Assembly: GCA_965279305.1 (NCBI GenBank)
Contig: OZ257143.1
Span: 30,001 to 62,000, forward strand
Direction of reading: 5' to 3'
DNA length: 32,000 bases
From: Gammaproteobacteria bacterium
Lineage (GTDB): Bacteria; Pseudomonadota; Gammaproteobacteria; JBIOEC01
A model generated the notes under the pieces. That model was not told where the DNA came from and searched no databases. It saw nothing but the letters and a program-made list of their open reading frames with translations. Shown here in pieces: positions 8,986 to 16,369 of this stretch. The translations under genes were made by a program, and so were the position numbers. How positions within the stretch are numbered: position 1 is the first letter of the stretch; each line of letters opens with the position of its first letter.

Positions 8986-11943
8986 TTAGTTAACTCGAGG
9001 CGAAGTACGCCCTTCAGTAGGAGGAGCAGATCCTGCAGCATGAGAGGAAGATACCTGAGAAAGCACAGGTGGAGAATGATTGCCTTTTGGAGCAGCTGGA
9101 AGAGGAGCAACTCCATAAAAATGGCTCATCGTTTGCATCAGTGTTTGTTGTAAAAGCGCAGCCAGATCAGGAGGTAGTTGCGATACAACACCCGTAACGT
9201 CGGCGACTGCAAGCGTAGGACTTGTAGTCAACCACTCTTTTATATCGTCAGTCAAGGCTTGAATGAGAGGACGACGACGGTCCGAATTGTCTATAATAGA
9301 AAAATGATCGCCGGGTAAAGAAGAAGCAGAAAGAGTAATCCCCTTTCTTAATCTCCATCCTAAACTATCACCAAATTGCCTTTCTGAAGCTCTTGTGTTG
9401 TATGAATTAGGAGGTCTACGTGTTCCTTCAAAAGAACACATTAAAATAGATTTAAGATTAATTTTTGAAATAGTTAATAAATTAACGGCTGTTTCATTCT
9501 CATTAGCATGTTGTAAAAGTTCATTAAAAACCAAATCAATTTGCTCTTCTTTAGTATGACTTGCTAATGAATCAACTCTAAGAGTCAAAATATTAGTTTG
9601 TTTTAATATTTTTTCACCTAATTGATTAGCAATTGCGATTATTTCTTTTGCATATTCTTCCTGGGACATGTTTTGATAAACCAGCGGTGAAGTACTATCT
9701 ATCATACCAATAAATTCAACAACGCGATTTTTCTTCTCCAAAATTTCGGCTATTTTTAGTGCCAATACTCCACCTAACGACCACCCTAACAATATCACTT
9801 TCCCCTTAGGGTGATTCTTCGTAATGGAGTTAGCTAAATCTTTTGCCCATTCCTCTAAACCATCATGGATATCATAAGGTTCATATAGACCTCTACAAGA
9901 TAATCCATATATATTAGTATCTAAAATTTCCTGTAATTCTTGGGCTAAACCAGCATAAGTAACGTCAGACTCTCCTGTGAGAGCTGGAACCAAGAACACA
10001 GGTGTTTTTTCTGATGTGTCAGTTCCCATCAATAAATCAGTAGATGAAGGCATTTTTTCCCAGCGCTTGGTATGAATATATCTGGCTAAATTTCTAATAG
10101 TGAATCGAGTACCTTCGCGTCCCGAAAAACCGTATTTGCTCATATCCACAGTGGAGGAAGCAATCGAAAAAGCCCGGTTAATTTCGTGGTTCAGCCTTCC
10201 AATCTGTATTGATGTTCCACCAAATTCTTCAAAAGTCGTATCAATATCAAGGGGATTTCCATTGGTTATACCCAAAATTCCTTTCCATATATCAGACAAT
10301 TTTTCTTGCAAAGGTATTTGAGGAGGATTTTTTGGTGCAGACTCGTACTCTTTTTGAATATTTTCTTCTGCCTGTAATTTTAATTTTTCATAATCTAACT
10401 TTCCGTTAGTCGTCAATGGTAAATTTTCCATTGAATAATAATGTGTAGGAATAGCAACAGGAACCAAAGTATCTTCTAGTGCTTTTCGAATTTTCCTAAC
10501 ATTGATTGGTTCACGAGAAGAAGAAGTGTGAATAAAAGCAACTAAACGTCGCTCACCTGCTATATTTTTAACTGCAACCACAGCGGCATTTTGAATACCA
10601 GCAATATCTCTTATTTGAGATTCAGATTCATTTAAATTAACCAACACACCATTAATTTTTAAAGAACGACTATCGCTAGACCTACTTAAATAAAAAAGAG
10701 ATATTTTTTGATCTCCATCTTTTTCAACTTTTACTACATCTCCACTATTATATAATTTTTTTGAAGCAGTAGAGTTTGGAGCCGTATATTGAATGAAATT
10801 CTTTTCAGTATCTGCAGGACGATTTAAATAGCCGCGAGTCATATAAGGTGAGCCAAAAAGCAGTACTCCTTTTTCGCCTGCTTCTGCTGCTTCAAGGGGT
10901 TTAATGCGCGAAGTATTTTCATCCATCAAATATAATTTGATTTCATCACTATGGGCCAAAGAAATAGGAACCATTTTATCTTTTACAGCATCTGCTGTAA
11001 CTAATTGTGCGGATAAACCAAACGTTAATTCTGTAGGGCCATAACAATTAACAATAGTCACACCCGCTGTATCAAAGGCACTAACGATATCTGCTGTGCA
11101 GGCTTCTCCCGTAGAAAATACCGTCTGAAGTCCTGCTTTTTTTAATTCTAGTAAATCCTTTGCTAAATCCCATGCACGAAGTTGGGCAGGAACCAATGTA
11201 ATAGCCGTAATTTTATGAGTTTTGATAAATTGTTTTAGTTGATTAAGATCATCTCGTACGCTTTGTTCAGCGATAACCAATGTTCCTTTAGAAGCAGCAG
11301 CCACCAAAAATTCCCAAATATTGGCATCAAACGCCGGTGAAATAACACTAGCAATTCTAGGAGCTTTCCCCAAGTCGATATGATCTCTTAAAAAAGGGAA
11401 CCAATAATCTACCATACCAGAATGCCCTATAGGCACGCCCTTAGGCTCTCCCGTAGTTCCTGAGGTATAGACTATATAAGCATCAACATCCGAAAGATCT
11501 TGACTCATTACTGGGCTCTCGGTAGGCACTGGCACAATAGATTTAAAATCTTCTAGAGCAAGAGTTCGATCCGCTGGATGCTCAAGACCTCTGGCAGTCA
11601 GAACATCATGGGTGGTCACCAATAATTTCGGGTCTGAATCACGAAGAATTCGGGTTATTCTCTCAAGAGGACATTTGAGTTGAGGATCCAAAGGAACATA
11701 GGTAGCCCCCATTTTCGAGGTAGCCAATAATAATAAAAGTTGCTCAGGGCTTGGAGGTAATAAGACCGCCACTTTATTATAGGGTTTAACGCCTCTTTTC
11801 ATTAAAGCACCAGCCCACAAATTAGCGGCTTTTTCTAATTGAGCATAGGTAAATGAAGCTTGCCCAAACACTAAGGCAATCTTATCTTTTGTCAGTGAAT
11901 TAGCGGCTAATTCAGTTATAATTTCATGAAATAATCGCGGCAT
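8986..11943 (-). CDS. stand-alone NRPS-like enzyme: adenylation - carrier (PCP) - thioesterase, with a Pro/Ser-rich C-terminal tail
   Basis: 985 aa. A-domain core motifs: YIVYTSGTTGEPKGV (A3), FDANIWE (A4), NCYGPTE (A5), YNSGDVV (A7), PLTTNGKLD (A10). Carrier motif: FEEFGGTSIQ (Ser578). Alpha/beta-hydrolase TE: GWSLGG (Ser722) and GDH (His880). The tail, aa ~905-985, is rich in P/S/A. No condensation domain. Confidence 0.85.
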   Translation of the reverse strand: MPRLFHEIITELAANSLTKDKIALVFGQASFTYAQLEKAANLWAGALMKRGVKPYNKVAVLLPPSPEQLLLLLATSKMGATYVPLDPQLKCPLERITRILRDSDPKLLVTTHDVLTARGLEHPADRTLALEDFKSIVPVPTESPVMSQDLSDVDAYIVYTSGTTGEPKGVPIGHSGMVDYWFPFLRDHIDLGKAPRIASVISPAFDANIWEFLVAAASKGTLVIAEQSVRDDLNQLKQFIKTHKITAITLVPAQLRAWDLAKDLLELKKAGLQTVFSTGEACTADIVSAFDTAGVTIVNCYGPTELTFGLSAQLVTADAVKDKMVPISLAHSDEIKLYLMDENTSRIKPLEAAEAGEKGVLLFGSPYMTRGYLNRPADTEKNFIQYTAPNSTASKKLYNSGDVVKVEKDGDQKISLFYLSRSSDSRSLKINGVLVNLNESESQIRDIAGIQNAAVVAVKNIAGERRLVAFIHTSSSREPINVRKIRKALEDTLVPVAIPTHYYSMENLPLTTNGKLDYEKLKLQAEENIQKEYESAPKNPPQIPLQEKLSDIWKGILGITNGNPLDIDTTFEEFGGTSIQIGRLNHEINRAFSIASSTVDMSKYGFSGREGTRFTIRNLARYIHTKRWEKMPSSTDLLMGTDTSEKTPVFLVPALTGESDVTYAGLAQELQEILDTNIYGLSCRGLYEPYDIHDGLEEWAKDLANSITKNHPKGKVILLGWSLGGVLALKIAEILEKKNRVVEFIGMIDSTSPLVYQNMSQEEYAKEIIAIANQLGEKILKQTNILTLRVDSLASHTKEEQIDLVFNELLQHANENETAVNLLTISKINLKSILMCSFEGTRRPPNSYNTRASERQFGDSLGWRLRKGITLSASSLPGDHFSIIDNSDRRRPLIQALTDDIKEWLTTSPTLAVADVTGVVSQLPPDLAALLQQTLMQTMSHFYGVAPLPAAPKGNHSPPVLSQVSSSHAAGSAPPTEGRTSPRVN

Positions 11944-12106
11944 TTTCCCGCCTTAACTATGGTATACTCGATTCAAACCAAACAAATTAAATACAGTATA
12001 GGCTAAGCCTACAACTACCATTTGGATGGGTTTAGCATTTTAAGCTAATTTAGTTCACAAGTCTATATTAAATGAGTTAGTAGGTCAAACAAATCAGGGT
12101 TTCACT

Positions 12107-13699
12107 ATGCAAACACCGCCTGAAAATAAGCACTACCTAAACGACGTATTCGTGAAGCTAGCCGAAAAAAGCCGAGATGTTTTTTGGGTCAGAAGCAAAG
12201 ATTATAAGCAGCAACTTTACATGAGCCCCGTTTTTGAACGAATTTGGGGTCGAAAATGTGCTGAAGTTTATGAGCACCCCGAACGTTGGGAAGACTGGCT
12301 TTACCCTGAAGACCAAAAAGCCCTAGAAGAGAGCATAGGCAAAAGAAACCCAAAAACCAGCCCTTCTGATGTTTTTTTTGAAACCTATCGCATTGTCCGG
12401 CCTGATGGAGAAATCAGATTTATACGAGACACCAGCTTTCCAATATTTGATGCCAACCATAAACTTTTTTGTTTTGCGGGTATTGCTCAAGACGTAACAG
12501 ACGATAGACGCCGTGAAGATGAGCTATTAGACCAAAAAGAAAAAGCAGAAGCGGCTAATAATGCTAAAGATATATTCATGGAAAATATGAGCCATGATTT
12601 TAAAACTCCACTCAATGGTATTTATGGTATTGTCCAACTACTCTCTGAAAGAAAAACCGAATTCCCTGATGATGTAAAAGAATTGATTGATCTACAAGAA
12701 AAATCGGCTCTTCGATTGAAAAAACTCATTGAATCCATACTGGACTTTAATAAATTATATGCCGGAAAATTGCAAATTGAATATGAAGAATTAAATTTAT
12801 TGGATATTATTGAAGCCGTTGTTTATAACCTAACCTATCAGTTAAAAAACAAGAACCTAGATATTATCATTCACTACCCGCATGATGTTCCTAGACAGTT
12901 GATTAGTGATTCTCATTGCATCACTAGCATTATTTTAAACCTGATGAGTAATGCGGTTAAATTTGCAGAAAAAGGTAAAGTTATTATTTCCGTAAAAACA
13001 CTTTCTGTTAGTGAAGATAATGTTATTTTACAAATTAGTGTTCAGGATACAGGGCCCGGAATCCCTAAAAATAAATTTCAAGAAATTTTTGAGCGTTTCC
13101 ATCGATTAGAGCCGTCTAGTAAAGGCCTAAAAGAAGGCCATGGAATTGGACTGGCCACTGTAAAAGAAATGATTGATAAATTAAATGGAAAAATAGAAGT
13201 AGTCAGTAAAGTAGGAGAAGGCTCTACTTTCACTGTGAATTTACCTTTTGAGTTATCCGATGCTTCTTTTCACTTAACAGAGTGGAAAAAGAAAAACTCT
13301 GACGTACATATTCTAGTTGTTTCAGATGAAGATACTTCTACTGGCATTTTTCTTGAATTGTTTGATAAAGAAATTATAAAAAAAACCAATAGTTCGGCTA
13401 TTCTTAAAAAAATAAAAACCGGTATAAAAAACAAAAAGCCCTATCAAATATTAATTATTGATGATGAGGTTGATACTGACATTATTTCGTTAATAAAAGA
13501 AGTTTCTAATGCCACGAAAGCATCGCCAATGATGATATTATTATCAATTCAATCTAAAAACAACAAAAAAAAGAAATGGTTTGATTCGGCTAAATCAGCA
13601 GGTTGTTTTGATTTTATAATGAAACCACTTCTACCTACAGAGATAGATAAAAAAATGGTGGATTTGTGGAAAAAGTGGACGAAAAAAAATAAGATATAA
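12107..13699 (+). CDS. hybrid sensor histidine kinase (PAS - HisKA - HATPase_c - C-terminal receiver-like domain)
   Basis: 530 aa. PAS-like N-terminus (FETYRIVRPDGEIRFIRD). H-box MSHDFKTPLNGI. N-box LMSNAVKFA. G-boxes DTGPGI and GHGIGLA. The C-terminal segment has receiver-like landmarks (HILVVSDED ... ILIIDDEV ... FIMKPL). No transmembrane segment, so probably cytoplasmic. Confidence 0.85.
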   Translation: MQTPPENKHYLNDVFVKLAEKSRDVFWVRSKDYKQQLYMSPVFERIWGRKCAEVYEHPERWEDWLYPEDQKALEESIGKRNPKTSPSDVFFETYRIVRPDGEIRFIRDTSFPIFDANHKLFCFAGIAQDVTDDRRREDELLDQKEKAEAANNAKDIFMENMSHDFKTPLNGIYGIVQLLSERKTEFPDDVKELIDLQEKSALRLKKLIESILDFNKLYAGKLQIEYEELNLLDIIEAVVYNLTYQLKNKNLDIIIHYPHDVPRQLISDSHCITSIILNLMSNAVKFAEKGKVIISVKTLSVSEDNVILQISVQDTGPGIPKNKFQEIFERFHRLEPSSKGLKEGHGIGLATVKEMIDKLNGKIEVVSKVGEGSTFTVNLPFELSDASFHLTEWKKKNSDVHILVVSDEDTSTGIFLELFDKEIIKKTNSSAILKKIKTGIKNKKPYQILIIDDEVDTDIISLIKEVSNATKASPMMILLSIQSKNNKKKKWFDSAKSAGCFDFIMKPLLPTEIDKKMVDLWKKWTKKNKI

Positions 13700-13701
13700 A
13701 A

Positions 13702-14100
13702 TTATGCCGTTGTTCTTTCGGTAATCAATTTATTAAGAGTAGATTTCAAAACAGATTTATCAACAGGCTTTTCTAAAAAAGCATTCATTCCCGTTGTAAA
13801 ACATTTTTCTTTGAATTTTATTTCTGTACTTCCAGTGAGCGCAATAATAACAGCATTTTTTGCATTAAAATTACTATGGCGGATCTGAGAAGTGAGCTCT
13901 ATGCCATCGATATCTGGCAATCCTAAATCCATTAAAATAACATCAATCTCTATATCTGGATTTTTCAATATAGTTAAGGCCTGATTAGAATTGCCCGCTA
14001 CTAGTATATTTTTATAGCCGAAAGAGGCCAGCATGGCTTTTATTACCACCTGATTGGTTAAGTCATCTTCTACATATAATATGGTTATATCAGAATTCAT
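13702..14100 (-). CDS. single-domain response regulator (CheY-like receiver)
   Basis: 132 aa. ILYVEDD, VILMDLGLPDIDG, ALTG and EKP match receiver-domain landmarks. No output domain. Its stop codon lies 2 nt from the kinase stop, in convergent orientation. Confidence 0.85.
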   Translation of the reverse strand: MNSDITILYVEDDLTNQVVIKAMLASFGYKNILVAGNSNQALTILKNPDIEIDVILMDLGLPDIDGIELTSQIRHSNFNAKNAVIIALTGSTEIKFKEKCFTTGMNAFLEKPVDKSVLKSTLNKLITERTTA

Positions 14101-14291
14101 ACACTTACACTCTTTTATTTGAAAGCCTACTTACAAATATTAATATTCATCTAACTTGCCCATTCTACCATTTTTCTCATAAAGTGGGTATCAGTCGGTC
14201 ACCCTATTTTGCTAAGGATTTATCTGACAAAATGTCCAATAAGACTCTGAGATTTCTTCTGTATTTATATTGCCTGTCAGTATTATTTTTT

Positions 14292-16340
14292 CTACACAGG
14301 GGCATTGATATGGGTAATGGTCGGCGGAAAAATTACGCTTTCTACTCGAACCAGTCTAGCTCTCAACTCTGCCTGCTCTTTCCCCATTACAACTAATGCG
14401 GCATCCAATCCAATTCGTGCTTGTTGGAGCCTAACCGGATCTAAGGATGCCCCGCCGGAAGCAGGAAGAGGTGCATCTGTAGAAGCGAGAAAAGAAGCAT
14501 CAGCAAAAGTAGATAAATTAGTTTGGGGAGCAGATTGTAATAAATAGTGGTATCCTTCTTCAATTTGAACTTTAACTTCGCTTTTTTCTTTACCCAACAC
14601 GAGAGCACAAATATCGAGCGCAAATTCATCAACCTCGTTCAAGGATATTACGGGTATTTTTTGCTTGGCTTCTACTATTTTAGCGGCTTGTTCTTTTGCA
14701 TAACGTTTAAGTGCTGTGTCAGCAGAATCAAAGTGAACAAAAACATTAATGAGGGTTTGTTTTAGTTTTTGCCCATTGATCGGTTTATTATCATCTTTTG
14801 CTACAAGCTCCTTAATTAATGCGAGAGCTAAAAAAACAGCAATATAGGCATGACGTTTATAAGTAACACGAGGATCAGGATGGTTTTCAATATGCAAAAA
14901 GACTCTTTTATTGTTCAAATTGTCATCCACATGATTAATCCCCGCTGTTAAAGCAGCGCCAGCCCCCCCAACAAACCATCCCACCAAAGGTGAGGCTACT
15001 ATATCGGATATTATTCTGGCTCCAGTAATAAATCCTTTCGCCACACTACTACCTACGCTATGAGCAGCATTAATATTCCCACTATTAATCGCTAAGTCGC
15101 CTGTATACACACTATTTATAAATAAAAGAATCCATTTGTAAAAACTGCAAGCATTTAAATTTTGCTCTACTGCTTTTTGATATTGAGAAAATATTTTTTT
15201 GGATTTTTGTAAGTCTTCAATGGCAGCGAGCTGCTCTTTAATACGAGCTTGATGAATTTGAAGATCTTCAATTAATAATTCGAGATTTTTAATTTTTTTA
15301 CTATCCCCTGAAGTTTTTCTCGGTCGTGCTTTTAAAGTTTCTAGTTCATTTTTAATTTGAGATAGATCACGCCCCAATTCTTCAGCACACTTTTTAAAAA
15401 AAACTTCTGGATCTCGATCAGAGCTAGAGGGTTCAAGTGAGGGAGTGGTGTAAGTTTTAAACGGATTTTTGCTATCGGGTAAGTATTGATTCAGGCTAGC
15501 ATGAAAAGTCATATATCTCATTTCTTTAGCTAACATGGTAGGGGTGTATCCATTTTGATCACAAAAATGAAGAAGAGCTTTTCCTCCTGGCACACTGAGA
15601 AGAAGACGGGCTAAAACAAGATCATTACGTCTAACCGCCATATGCAATGCAGTAGGACCATTCGTCTGTGCGCCCCCCCTTGCATACTTTGAACAAGGTG
15701 ATGTTTTTGCATTCAACATTTTTTCAACAGCGGTCAAATCGCCTCTTGATGCCGCAGCCAACAAATCCGTGGCTCGTCTTTGATTACGCTGAAGATATCC
15801 ATCAATTAGGCTTTTGGTGTGGCTCTCTAGTTCATTGCCTTCATAATTAAGCGTAGTGACAGTGTAGTTAGACTCTAAAGCCTTACAAATCGCATCCCAT
15901 CCATTAGAGCCTATACCATTTTGTAATAGCTCTAGGATAGCTAGAGTAGAATTCACACGTAACATCAATGCCAATGCTATTGCTCCCTTATCTCCTATAT
16001 TATTCCCGCTCAAATTTAAACTGCTAACAGTAGTTCCTTCTGCACTCAAGGCTTTAGCCAATGCCGCTGCACCATCCGAGCGCACATTATTAGCCAATAG
16101 AGAAAGCGAAGCTAAAGTACGTGTTTGCTGCAGAAAATCAACCAACATCAAAACACCACTGACGTCTATTCCGTTGTTTCGTAAATCCAAGTCATACACG
16201 GTATGGTTTGTGTGCAATGCACTAAGCAATTTCATCATTTGCAAAGCATCTATTTTCTCATCCCATACTCTAATAGAAGTAATAGACGGATCACTATTAG
16301 TAGCCACAGCCTCAAAGAACGAAGGATCGAGTGGGGGCAT
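14292..16340 (-). CDS. eukaryotic-like protein: RNI/RanGAP-type LRR + ankyrin repeats + coiled coil + Gly-rich hydrophobic segment
   Basis: 682 aa. aa ~40-175 carry 28-29-aa RNI-type LRRs (LDLRNNGIDVSGVLMLVDFL; LNLSGNNIGDKGAIALALML; LELLQNGIGSNGWDAICKAL). aa ~193-272 carry ankyrin repeats (NGPTALHMAVRRNDLVLARLLL...DQNGYTPTMLA). aa ~315-395 have heptad-rich coiled-coil character. aa ~398-470 are Gly/Ala-rich and hydrophobic. Confidence 0.8.
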   Translation of the reverse strand: MPPLDPSFFEAVATNSDPSITSIRVWDEKIDALQMMKLLSALHTNHTVYDLDLRNNGIDVSGVLMLVDFLQQTRTLASLSLLANNVRSDGAAALAKALSAEGTTVSSLNLSGNNIGDKGAIALALMLRVNSTLAILELLQNGIGSNGWDAICKALESNYTVTTLNYEGNELESHTKSLIDGYLQRNQRRATDLLAAASRGDLTAVEKMLNAKTSPCSKYARGGAQTNGPTALHMAVRRNDLVLARLLLSVPGGKALLHFCDQNGYTPTMLAKEMRYMTFHASLNQYLPDSKNPFKTYTTPSLEPSSSDRDPEVFFKKCAEELGRDLSQIKNELETLKARPRKTSGDSKKIKNLELLIEDLQIHQARIKEQLAAIEDLQKSKKIFSQYQKAVEQNLNACSFYKWILLFINSVYTGDLAINSGNINAAHSVGSSVAKGFITGARIISDIVASPLVGWFVGGAGAALTAGINHVDDNLNNKRVFLHIENHPDPRVTYKRHAYIAVFLALALIKELVAKDDNKPINGQKLKQTLINVFVHFDSADTALKRYAKEQAAKIVEAKQKIPVISLNEVDEFALDICALVLGKEKSEVKVQIEEGYHYLLQSAPQTNLSTFADASFLASTDAPLPASGGASLDPVRLQQARIGLDAALVVMGKEQAELRARLVRVESVIFPPTITHINAPV

Positions 16341-16369
16341 AATTTTTACCTTTTAAAATATATTAAAGA

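Noticed and set aside
8826-9153. Track ORFs 8826..9116 (-) and 8956..9153 (+)
   Set aside because: They are alternative frames or antisense over the GC-richer Pro/Ser tail of the NRPS-like gene and the mrp 5' end. Their translations are low-complexity Leu/Arg-rich, with no SD and no recognisable domain.
14200-14260. CTGACA ... TGTCAG inverted repeat downstream of the LRR-ANK stop, considered as a terminator
   Set aside because: The 6-bp arms are separated by ~40 nt with no following T-run, so this is not a credible intrinsic terminator.
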